NCBI GenBank assembly: GCA_030618495.1 | Contig: JAUXDE010000003.1 | Location: 1-33,682 of the forward strand | Source of the DNA: Clostridia bacterium | GTDB lineage: Bacteria; UBA6262; WVXT01; JAUXBS01 | DNA length: 33,682 nt | Direction of reading: 5' to 3' | Part shown: piece after piece, positions 1 to 7,925 of the stretch | How the letters are laid out: each line of letters starts with the position of its first letter | Numbering within the stretch: the first letter of the stretch is position 1 | Notes under the pieces: generated by a model | Databases searched by the model: none | The model's input: only the letters and a program-made list of their open reading frames with translations | Told to the model about the DNA's origin: nothing | Program-made: the position numbers and the translations under genes

Positions 1-2
1 AC

Positions 3-137
3 TATTTTAAGGTGTATGCGCTGGATGTCATGCTTGATCCGGGGGAAAAAGCAAAGAAGAGTGATTTATTGAAGGCGATGGAAGGACATATACTATCGGA
101 AGGGCGGTTAATGGGCAGGTATAAAAGAGTCGTTTAA
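3..137 (+). CDS. YbhB/YbcL family (Raf kinase inhibitor-like/PEBP) protein, 3' end only
   Basis: Frame 3 reads YFKVYALDVMLDPGEKAKKSDLLKAMEGHILSEGRLMGRYKRVV*, the typical YbhB/YbcL C-terminus (YFxxYALD...AMEGHIL...L.G.Y.R). Cut by the window edge. Confidence 0.85.
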   Translation, partial: YFKVYALDVMLDPGEKAKKSDLLKAMEGHILSEGRLMGRYKRVV

Positions 138-162
138 GCATGGGATTGATGCTTAAAATAGC

Positions 163-192
163 TTGACTTTTATATGGTTTTGTGATAATAAT
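163..192 (+). promoter_or_regulatory. possible sigma70 promoter
   Basis: TTGACT at 163-168, then TGtGATAAT/AATAAT at 181-192 in an AT-rich spacer. Spacing is imperfect. Confidence 0.4.
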
Positions 193-222
193 TAGTAAAA
201 ATACTTTTGGAAGGATGTTAAT

Positions 223-645
223 ATGATTAAAACATTAATAACTTTAGTATTAATATTTTTGTTACCGTTGGTCTTGACGGCAGGTGACGAGGATGGTATT
301 TTGCGGAAAGGGCGCAATTTTGCAAACAGGGGGGAGTACGACAGCGCCCTGGAATGCTTCAATGAAGCGGCGCAGATTAATCCTGAAAATACAGCAGTAT
401 GGCTTGCAATGGCGGTAGTTTACGTGAACATGAAGATGAATTACGAGGCAATAGACTGCCTCAACAGGGTAATTGCGATTGATAGCAGAAATGCAACTGC
501 ATACTACATCCTGGCCATGGTATATGAAGAAACAGGAGATGTGTTCGGTTCAATAGACGCTTGGAACAGGTTATTGGATATAAGCCCCAGGGGCGGGCGC
601 TCGGGTATTGCCAGGCAGCATTTAAAAAGACTGGAAGGTAATTGA
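223..645 (+). CDS. exported tetratricopeptide-repeat protein
   Basis: Hydrophobic signal peptide and about 3 TPR units (G...A...F..A..I.P, A.AYY.LA..Y...GD...A...W). Confidence 0.85.
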   Translation: MIKTLITLVLIFLLPLVLTAGDEDGILRKGRNFANRGEYDSALECFNEAAQINPENTAVWLAMAVVYVNMKMNYEAIDCLNRVIAIDSRNATAYYILAMVYEETGDVFGSIDAWNRLLDISPRGGRSGIARQHLKRLEGN

Positions 646-1229
646 TGAAATTAAAATCAGTATTAATTATTTTTACTGCGCTTTGTCTGCTTGCCGGCTG
701 CGGACCGCGTGTTGTTATTAAAAAGGATTACGACTTCAACAGCATAAAGAGGGTGGCGATAACGCCGTTTACCTGTACCGTATCAGCTTTCAGTTCAAGA
801 CAGGTTGCCGGAGAAGCTGTGGCGGATGAATTCATTATGCAGTTCATGCAAAGAAACCTTGATGTTGTTGAACGTTACCAGCTCCAGTCGGTTATGAAGG
901 AATACGACCTTGCTTCCAGGGGAATGCTTGATATGACAACAGCCAAGGAGCTCGGGAAACTGGTCGGCGCTGACGTGATATTGACCGGGACAATAGTTCA
1001 GTATCTTCCCAACAGAAGGGATATAATATATGTTGATGACGGCACGGGCGGGAAGAGGCAGGAAATATACATGGTTGACGCAGAGATAGGAATCAGCGCC
1101 CGCATGATTGATGTTGAAACTGGGGTTATTGTCTGGGCGGGTCATTACAGATATAATTCTTTTTTCATAGAGAGCGCTATCAGGGGAGTTGTCGCAGGTT
1201 TGATTAATTCCTTTGCAATGCTGAATTAG
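645..1229 (+). CDS. CsgG/HfaB/LpoB-like lipoprotein
   Basis: Lipobox LLAGC; VAI.PF, VVER..L..V.KE, A.ELGKL.GAD.IL.G and ARMIDVETG.I.W motifs. TGATG overlap with the TPR gene. Confidence 0.8.
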   Translation: MKLKSVLIIFTALCLLAGCGPRVVIKKDYDFNSIKRVAITPFTCTVSAFSSRQVAGEAVADEFIMQFMQRNLDVVERYQLQSVMKEYDLASRGMLDMTTAKELGKLVGADVILTGTIVQYLPNRRDIIYVDDGTGGKRQEIYMVDAEIGISARMIDVETGVIVWAGHYRYNSFFIESAIRGVVAGLINSFAMLN

Positions 1230-1363
1230 TGTCACAGAACACCAGCCTTCCGTTAGTTTGAATATTTCAGAAAATGAATGTAGGCTCAGACCCTAGAAAC
1301 ACTACACTAAGAATTCGCTAAGTTGTTTAACATGGCGACATAATTTCAAAGGAGGTAACAGGA

Positions 1364-3058
1364 ATGTTAAGTGATCTGGAAATTGCCCAATCCGCAAAGA
1401 TGAAGCACATCAATGAAATCGCAAAGCCAATCGGGCTGGGAGAAGATGAAATTGAATTGTACGGCAAGTACAAGGCAAAAATATCGCTGGATGTCACCAA
1501 AAGAGTAAAGGACAACCCCAGCGGGAAGTACATAGACGTTACCGCTATTACCCCCACTCCGCTGGGGGAGGGCAAGACCGTAAACACCATCGGCTTATCC
1601 CTGGGTTTGAATAAAATAGGCAAGAAAGTGATTACCACCATAAGGCAGCCTTCACTTGGTCCCGTGTTCGGAATCAAGGGTGGCGCCGCGGGAGGAGGGT
1701 ATTCACAGGTCGTGCCCATGGAGGATTTTAATCTTCATCTTACAGGCGATATACATGCCATAGGGCTTGCCCATAACCTGTGCGCGGCATTTCTTGACAA
1801 CTCAATACTGAAGGGTAACAAACTGAACATAGACCCCTCGGCTGTTAACTGGCGAAGGGTTGTTGATGTGAGTGACAGGTTCCTTCGTAATATCATTGTA
1901 GGGCTTGGCGGTAAGAACGACGGTTTCCCGCGTGAAAGCGGTTTTGACATCACGGTGGCAAGCGAGGTCATGGCGATTCTTGCCCTTACGACGGACCTGC
2001 AGGATTTACGCAAAAGAATCGGCAGGATAGTTCTTGCATTTACCAGCGACGGTAAGCCGGTCACCACTGAAGACATTAAAGTAGCGGGCGCGATGACAGT
2101 CCTGCTTAAGGACGCAATTAAGCCTAACCTGCTTCAGACGCTTGAAAACACGCCGTGTTTCGTGCACGCGGGGCCTTTTGCTAACATAGCGCACGGGAAC
2201 AGTTCCATTATTGCCGATAAAATTGCAATAAAACTGACTGACTACGTGGTCACCGAAAGCGGTTTTGGCGCGGACATAGGCGCCGAGAAGTTCTTTAATA
2301 TAAAGTGCCGCATGAGCGGGATTTTACCCGACGCGGTGGTGCTGGTCTGTTCGATAAGGGCGCTTAAGATGCACAGCGGTGATTTTACCATAGTGGCGGG
2401 AAAGCCAATGGATGAAGGGTTGTTAAAGGAGAACCTGGATGCCGTGAAGAGAGGTTGTTGTAACCTGCAGAAGCATATTGAGAACCTGAAGCTCTACGGT
2501 GTCCCCGTTGTTGTGGCAATAAACAAGTTTACGGCGGACACTGACAAGGAGATAGAACTGGTTAGGAAGATAGCCATTGATTCCGGCGCGGATGATGCCG
2601 TGATAAGCGATGTATGGGCAAACGGAGGGGAAGGCGGAAAAGAAATGGCGGAAGCCGTGGTGAAAGCCGCTGAAAAGCCCAGCAAGTTCAAGTTTCTGTA
2701 TGAACTGGATATTCCGATAAAGGATAAGATAGAGACGATAGCAACAAAGATGTACGGCGCAAAAGAAGTTGATTTTTCGCCGATTGCCCTGAAGAAACTC
2801 AAGCAGTTCACCGAGATGGGGTATGATAAACTCCCGATTTGCATGGCAAAGACACACCTGTCGCTTTCACATGACCCGCAACTGAAGGGCAGGCCGGAGA
2901 ACTTCGTTTTTCCCGTGCGTGATATAAGGGCATCTGTCGGCGCGGGTTTCCTTTATCCGCTCTGCGGGCAGATGAGGACGATGCCGGGGCTTCCGACAAC
3001 ACCGGCAGGCAACAACGTAGATATTGATAAGGACGGCAGGATAAAAGGGTTGTTTTAA
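1364..3058 (+). CDS. fhs: formate--tetrahydrofolate ligase
   Basis: AITPTPLGEGKT, RQPSLGPVFGIKGGAAGGGY, HAGPFANIAHGNSS, MRTMPGLP; AGGAGG RBS. Confidence 0.98.
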   Translation: MLSDLEIAQSAKMKHINEIAKPIGLGEDEIELYGKYKAKISLDVTKRVKDNPSGKYIDVTAITPTPLGEGKTVNTIGLSLGLNKIGKKVITTIRQPSLGPVFGIKGGAAGGGYSQVVPMEDFNLHLTGDIHAIGLAHNLCAAFLDNSILKGNKLNIDPSAVNWRRVVDVSDRFLRNIIVGLGGKNDGFPRESGFDITVASEVMAILALTTDLQDLRKRIGRIVLAFTSDGKPVTTEDIKVAGAMTVLLKDAIKPNLLQTLENTPCFVHAGPFANIAHGNSSIIADKIAIKLTDYVVTESGFGADIGAEKFFNIKCRMSGILPDAVVLVCSIRALKMHSGDFTIVAGKPMDEGLLKENLDAVKRGCCNLQKHIENLKLYGVPVVVAINKFTADTDKEIELVRKIAIDSGADDAVISDVWANGGEGGKEMAEAVVKAAEKPSKFKFLYELDIPIKDKIETIATKMYGAKEVDFSPIALKKLKQFTEMGYDKLPICMAKTHLSLSHDPQLKGRPENFVFPVRDIRASVGAGFLYPLCGQMRTMPGLPTTPAGNNVDIDKDGRIKGLF

Positions 3059-3095
3059 ACGATTAATAGAAGTTGGGGGAAGAACCGGAGGTTTG

Positions 3096-3332
3096 ATGAA
3101 GGAAATAATTTTACCGGAACTGGGTGAGGATGTGAAGGAGGCAACAGTTTCATTCTGGCATCACAAGGAGGGAGATGAGGTGGCAAAGGATGATGACCTG
3201 GTTGAATTCTATACCGACAAGGCAAACTTTAATGTAAAGTCCCCCGCCTCGGGCGTCCTGAAGACGATTTCCGCAAAGGAAGGCGAGAAAATAGAGGTGG
3301 GAAGTGTTATAGGGGTAATTGAGGAGAAATAA
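3096..3332 (+). CDS. stand-alone lipoyl carrier domain (E2-type)
   Basis: I.LPELGE.V.EATV..W...GD.V...D.LVE..TDKA...V.SP..G; DKA lipoylation motif; only about 78 aa. Confidence 0.9.
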   Translation: MKEIILPELGEDVKEATVSFWHHKEGDEVAKDDDLVEFYTDKANFNVKSPASGVLKTISAKEGEKIEVGSVIGVIEEK

Positions 3333-3336
3333 GCGG

Positions 3337-4752
3337 ATGAATGAATCAGCCAAAAGCAGTTACGATGTTGTTATTATAGGTTCAGGTCCCGGCGGTTACG
3401 CTGCCGCCCTGCACGCGGCGCGGCTTGGCGCCAGTCCTCTTCTGATTGAAAAGAGCCGGATAGGGGGCGTTTGCCTGAATGAAGGCTGTATACCGACCAA
3501 ATCCCTGCTGGCAAGCGCGGGAATGCTTGGGGATATAAAAAACGCAAAGGATTACGGGGTAAGAGCAGGAGCGCCTGAGGCTGATTTTAACGCCATGATG
3601 CAGAGGAAAGAAAAGATTATAAGGCAGCTCAGCGGCGGTCTCGGGATGCTGTTTAAGAGCTGGGGTATTGATGTTTTGGAGGGGGAGGCGAAATTTAACG
3701 GCAGTCATGAGATTGAAGTAACCTCCAAAGACGGCGTAAAAAATATTTCATGCGATAAAATCATTATTGCAACTGGAGCCGCGGCTTCGGGTGCGCCGGG
3801 GATTGAAGTTAACGGCAGGACCGTCATAAACAGCGCTCACGCGCTACAGCTGGAGGAGTTACCTTCGTCCATTATTATAGTTGGCGGCGGGGTTATCGGT
3901 GTTGAGTTCGCGTCAATTTTTAATATGCTCGGGACAAAGGTGACCGTGATAGAAATGCTGCCCGGTATCATACCCTCTGAAGACGAAGAGGTCTCAAAAG
4001 CTTTAAGGAAATCGCTTGAAAAAGCAGGGATAATTATAAAAACGGAAACCAGGATTGAAAGCTCAACCGCAGAAGGAGAAAAACAGAAAGCGGTGGTGAC
4101 GGGGCCGGAAGGCAGGCAGGAGTTAATTGCCGACAAGGTTCTTGTTGCCGTGGGCAGGACTCCTTATACCGGGGGGCTTGAACCGGAGAAAGCAGGGATT
4201 AAGAACGACCATGGCCGCATAATCGTTAATGATAAAATGGAAACGAACGTGGAAGGCGTATATGCCATTGGAGACGTTGTCGGGGGAACCCTGCTGGCGC
4301 ATGTCGCTTCAGAAGAAGGCATGGTAGCAGCGGGAAATGCCCTCGGGAAGGAATCCACGATAGATTACAGCGTGATAACGGGCTGCATATACTGTTTACC
4401 GCAGGTGGCAAGCGTGGGAATGACTGAATCAAAGGCAGTGGCGAGCGGTGTTGAATACAGTGTTGGTAAGTTCCCGTTTACCGCCAGCGCCAAGGGCCTG
4501 GTTCTCGGTAAGAGGGAAGGGTTTATAAAGGTTATTGCCCAAAAGAAAACAAATAAGATACTTGGGGTAAGTATTATAGGACATAATGCCACCGAGCTAA
4601 TCGCTGAAGCTGCAGTTGCTCTTAAGATGGGAGCCACCACCAAATCATTTACCAGGATAAGTCACGCGCATCCGTCACTGCACGAGTCAATGCTTGGAGC
4701 AGTTGATGATGTTAACGATGAATCCATTGAGCTTGCCAGAAAGAAGAAATGA
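3337..4752 (+). CDS. lpdA: dihydrolipoyl dehydrogenase
   Basis: GSGPGG FAD motif, GGVCLNEGCIPTK redox disulfide, GGGVIGVE NAD motif, HAHPSLHE. Start placed at ATG 3337, after the upstream stop. Confidence 0.95.
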   Translation: MNESAKSSYDVVIIGSGPGGYAAALHAARLGASPLLIEKSRIGGVCLNEGCIPTKSLLASAGMLGDIKNAKDYGVRAGAPEADFNAMMQRKEKIIRQLSGGLGMLFKSWGIDVLEGEAKFNGSHEIEVTSKDGVKNISCDKIIIATGAAASGAPGIEVNGRTVINSAHALQLEELPSSIIIVGGGVIGVEFASIFNMLGTKVTVIEMLPGIIPSEDEEVSKALRKSLEKAGIIIKTETRIESSTAEGEKQKAVVTGPEGRQELIADKVLVAVGRTPYTGGLEPEKAGIKNDHGRIIVNDKMETNVEGVYAIGDVVGGTLLAHVASEEGMVAAGNALGKESTIDYSVITGCIYCLPQVASVGMTESKAVASGVEYSVGKFPFTASAKGLVLGKREGFIKVIAQKKTNKILGVSIIGHNATELIAEAAVALKMGATTKSFTRISHAHPSLHESMLGAVDDVNDESIELARKKK

Positions 4753-5444
4753 AAATTGATATCACAAGACGCGAATTCTCCGAATATCGCCAGGCCTGGC
4801 GGTATCAGAAAGAACTTGTCAACCTCAGGCGCAGCGGGTTAATAAGCGATACCCTGATACTTACCGAGCATCCGGCTGTTATTACAATCGGCAGGAAGGG
4901 AAGGAAGTCGGATGGTAACGTGCTGGTTTCCGATAGAGTCCTTGATTCGAAAGGGATAGAGGTTGTTGAGATTGACCGGGGAGGAGACATTACGCTTCAT
5001 TGCCCGGGCCAGCTGGTTTGTTATCCCGTGATGGACCTTAAGAATTATGGAAGGGATGCGCACAGGTATCTTCGTAACCTTGAGGAAGTGATTATCGGCG
5101 CGCTGGGGGAGCATGGCATAGATTCGCAAAGAGTGGAGGGGGCTACGGGTGTATGGGTTGGTGATGAGAAAATATCATCCATAGGTGTCGGTGTAACCGG
5201 CTGGATTACCTACCACGGCGTTTCATTGAACGTCTGTCCTGACCTTGAGCAGTATTCGTTGATTAACATGTGCGGGATGAAAAACGCAAGGGCAACCTCC
5301 ATGAAAAAAATACTTAACAGGGGAATATCCGTTGATGAAGTGTTTCCTGCCGTGATTGAGCATTTCAAGAAAGTTTTTGGGAATTATTATGAGACAACAA
5401 ACTCATGCGGTACCGGCCGTCAGAATAGATTTAAGCAATGCTGA
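4749..5444 (+). CDS. lipB: lipoyl(octanoyl) transferase
   Basis: EHPAVITIG, DRGGDITLHCPGQLVCYP, KISSIG, HGVSLN and INMCG motifs. Confidence 0.95.
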   Translation: MKIDITRREFSEYRQAWRYQKELVNLRRSGLISDTLILTEHPAVITIGRKGRKSDGNVLVSDRVLDSKGIEVVEIDRGGDITLHCPGQLVCYPVMDLKNYGRDAHRYLRNLEEVIIGALGEHGIDSQRVEGATGVWVGDEKISSIGVGVTGWITYHGVSLNVCPDLEQYSLINMCGMKNARATSMKKILNRGISVDEVFPAVIEHFKKVFGNYYETTNSCGTGRQNRFKQC

Positions 5445-6267
5445 ACAGGTTAAGAAAACAAGAACCATACTGGCTGACTACGGTTTAAACACCATATGCG
5501 ATTCCGGGAGCTGTCCGAATATTCATGAATGTTACGGCAGTTTAACGGCAACTTTTATGGTTATGGGTGATGTTTGCACGAGAGGTTGCAGGTTTTGCGG
5601 TGTTAAAAAAGGTTTACCCCGAAAACTTAATGATTCGGAGCCCGAAATGGTGGCAGGGGCTGTAAGGGAGTTGAATTTAGCTCATGTGGTGATAACATCC
5701 GTTACCAGGGACGACCTGGATGACTGCGGGGTATCACATTTCGTGGAAACCATAAAGAAGGTGCGCGAGCTTAACCCGGGTACTGTTATAGAAGTATTGA
5801 TTCCTGATTTTGGCGGTGATGAGGGTTTAATTGAAACTCTCATGCAGGCGCGCCCGGATGTAATCGGGCATAACCTGGAAACCACAGCTAAACTGCATCA
5901 CCTTATAAGGCCCGAGGCCTCGTATTCAAGGTCGCTTAAAGTACTGGCCCAGGTTAAGAAGAGCAATCCTGAAATATGCGTCAAATCGGGAATAATGCTG
6001 GGACTCGGTGAAAATGAAAATGATGTCATTGAGGTGATGATGGATTTAAAAGAAGTGAAATGCGATATTATTACCCTGGGACAGTACCTGCGTCCAACGG
6101 GAAAACAGGTGGAAGTAAAACGATACGTAGCGCAGGAAGAATATGAAAGTTACAGGATAACTGCCGAAAGAATGGGGATTCCTCTTATCGCGGCAGGAAC
6201 TTATGTGCGGAGTTCGTATAAGGCAAATGAGTATTATAAGCAATTTATAAAAAAAAGGAAGTGTTAA
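5389..6267 (+). CDS. lipA: lipoyl synthase
   Basis: CX4CX5C (CDSGSCPNIHEC), radical-SAM CTRGCRFC, ITSVTRDDL, HNLET, GQYLRP, RSSY. Start ATG 5389 is uncertain. Confidence 0.95.
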   Translation: MRQQTHAVPAVRIDLSNAEQVKKTRTILADYGLNTICDSGSCPNIHECYGSLTATFMVMGDVCTRGCRFCGVKKGLPRKLNDSEPEMVAGAVRELNLAHVVITSVTRDDLDDCGVSHFVETIKKVRELNPGTVIEVLIPDFGGDEGLIETLMQARPDVIGHNLETTAKLHHLIRPEASYSRSLKVLAQVKKSNPEICVKSGIMLGLGENENDVIEVMMDLKEVKCDIITLGQYLRPTGKQVEVKRYVAQEEYESYRITAERMGIPLIAAGTYVRSSYKANEYYKQFIKKRKC

Positions 6268-6270
6268 GAA

Positions 6271-6894
6271 ATGAATAATTATATAGATAGTCCTTTAAAA
6301 GAGTACCTTGATGACCTGGCGTCGAACCTGCCTGCGCCGGGCGGGGGCAGCGCTTCAGCGCTGGTTGGCTCAACCGGAGTGGCGTTATTCTGCATGGTTG
6401 CCAATTTTACCGTTGGCAAGGAAAAGTACGCCGAGGTGGAAGATGAAGTAAGGGCAATGTTAAAGAAACTTGAGTCAATCCGCAAGAGGCTGGACGAACT
6501 AGTGGAGGAGGATATTCTTTCCTACTCTGAGGTATCGGGAGCGTATAAACTTCCAAAAAACACAGATGAGGAGAAAAAGGCCAGGTCGGAGGCAATACAG
6601 GAGGCATGCAAGAAGGCGCTTGGAGTGCCGATGGAGATTGCATCTAATTGTTCAGATGCTATGCTTACCGGCAGGAGACTGCTTGAGATTGGTAACAGGA
6701 ATCTGGTAAGCGACGTAGGGGTGGGGGCAGTACAGCTTGAAGCTGCCTTAAACGGCGCGGCAATGAACGTTAATGTTAACCTTGCGATAATCAGGGACGA
6801 GGAATACGTAAATCAGAAAAAGAAGGAACTTGAGAAGCTGCTGGACGGGAAAGCGGACATAAAGAATGAGATTGTAGGGGGAATGAACTTTTAG
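6271..6894 (+). CDS. fchA: methenyl-THF cyclohydrolase / formiminoTHF cyclodeaminase family protein
   Basis: LAS..PAPGGGSASA, MVANFTVGK, AYKLPK, GN.NLVSD and NV.VNL motifs; lies between fhs and folD. Confidence 0.9.
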   Translation: MNNYIDSPLKEYLDDLASNLPAPGGGSASALVGSTGVALFCMVANFTVGKEKYAEVEDEVRAMLKKLESIRKRLDELVEEDILSYSEVSGAYKLPKNTDEEKKARSEAIQEACKKALGVPMEIASNCSDAMLTGRRLLEIGNRNLVSDVGVGAVQLEAALNGAAMNVNVNLAIIRDEEYVNQKKKELEKLLDGKADIKNEIVGGMNF

Positions 6895-6905
6895 GAGGTA
6901 AGAAC

Positions 6906-7814
6906 ATGGCGGCACAATTACTTGACGGCAAGGCGCTGGCTGAGAAAATCAAAAAGGATTTAAACAGGGAAATTGAAGAAATGAAGGCAAAGAACATTGT
7001 TCCTTCGTTAACGGCCGTGCAGGTCGGGGAGAACCCGGCATCCGCGATGTATGTAAAAAACCAGAAGAAGAACTGCGAGGGGATGGGGATTGATTATAAA
7101 TTAGAACAACTCGGGGATAATACGACGGAAGAGGAGTTGATTAAGTTTATAGAAAAACTGAACAATGACACTTTGGTCAACGGTATAATACTCCAGATGC
7201 CGCTCCCGGAGCAGATAGATGCTCGCAGGGTGCAGATGCTCATTGCTCCCGGTAAGGACGTCGAGGCAATGAACCCCGCAAACATGGGCATGCTTGTGTA
7301 CGGCAATCCACAGATTGCGCCCTGCACTGCCATGGGCGCCCTGGAGTTATTGAAATCAAGCGGGGTGGAACTGAAGGGCAAGGAAGTTACCATCGTGGGG
7401 CACAGTGAAATTGTAGGCAAACCCCTGGTTTTGCTGCTTCTTGCGTCCCTGACGGAATCCCCGACCCCCACGGTATGTCATATTGCGACAAAGGACCTGG
7501 CATTTCATACGAAGAGGGCGGATATCCTTATCGTTGCCGCAGGTAAAGCAGGGCTGATTAAGGGAGACATGATAAAAGAGGGCGCAATCGTGATAGATAT
7601 AGGGATAAACCGCGTTCCCGCGCTTGATGAAAACGGGAATGCTATCCTGAATGACAAAGGAAAGCCGAAGAAAAAGACCATTGGCGACGTTGTATTTGAT
7701 GAGGCTGTCCAAAAAGCTTCGTATATTTCACCGGTGCCGGGAGGCGTCGGCCCGTTAACGGTTACGATGTTAATGAGGAATACCATAGAAGCGTGTAAAC
7801 TGCAGAATAAGTAA
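6906..7814 (+). CDS. folD: methylene-THF dehydrogenase (FolD family), possibly monofunctional
   Basis: LLDGK, VGENPAS..Y, LQMPLP, PCT..G, VIDIGIN, GDV, SPVPGGVGPLT; AGGAGG RBS. Confidence 0.95.
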   Translation: MAAQLLDGKALAEKIKKDLNREIEEMKAKNIVPSLTAVQVGENPASAMYVKNQKKNCEGMGIDYKLEQLGDNTTEEELIKFIEKLNNDTLVNGIILQMPLPEQIDARRVQMLIAPGKDVEAMNPANMGMLVYGNPQIAPCTAMGALELLKSSGVELKGKEVTIVGHSEIVGKPLVLLLLASLTESPTPTVCHIATKDLAFHTKRADILIVAAGKAGLIKGDMIKEGAIVIDIGINRVPALDENGNAILNDKGKPKKKTIGDVVFDEAVQKASYISPVPGGVGPLTVTMLMRNTIEACKLQNK

Positions 7815-7835
7815 GAGAAACCTTGAAAACCGGAG

Positions 7836-7879
7836 AAACCGGGACGGAAGGAAGATAACCGTTCCGGTTTTCTTTTTTT
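7836..7879 (+). terminator. intrinsic terminator after folD
   Basis: AAACCGGGACGG (7836-7847) pairs with CCGTTCCGGTTT (7859-7870) with one G-U pair, followed by TCTTTTTTT. Confidence 0.8.
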
Positions 7880-7888
7880 GCAAATGAC

Positions 7889-7920
7889 TTGATTTATAAC
7901 CTAAAATATATTATTATACT
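7889..7920 (+). promoter_or_regulatory. sigma70 promoter for the hps-rraA/transketolase genes, probably leaderless
   Basis: TTGATT (7889-7894), 17 bp, TATTAT (7912-7917). ATG at 7926 has no Shine-Dalgarno. Confidence 0.6.
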
Positions 7921-7925
7921 ATATA

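Noticed and set aside
642-1229. Curli secretion system
   Set aside because: CsgG-like lipoproteins are widespread and no csgA/B/E/F genes are nearby.
1230-1363. ZTP or THF riboswitch upstream of fhs
   Set aside because: The position is suggestive, but I see neither consensus; only a short AGCCT/AGGCT pairing and no terminator. An Infernal/Rfam scan would settle it.
3096-3332. Calling the lipoyl protein GcvH or a biotin carrier
   Set aside because: It lacks the GcvH motifs (HEW, GITD.AQ, ESVK) and the biotin AMK motif; the DKA context is E2-type.
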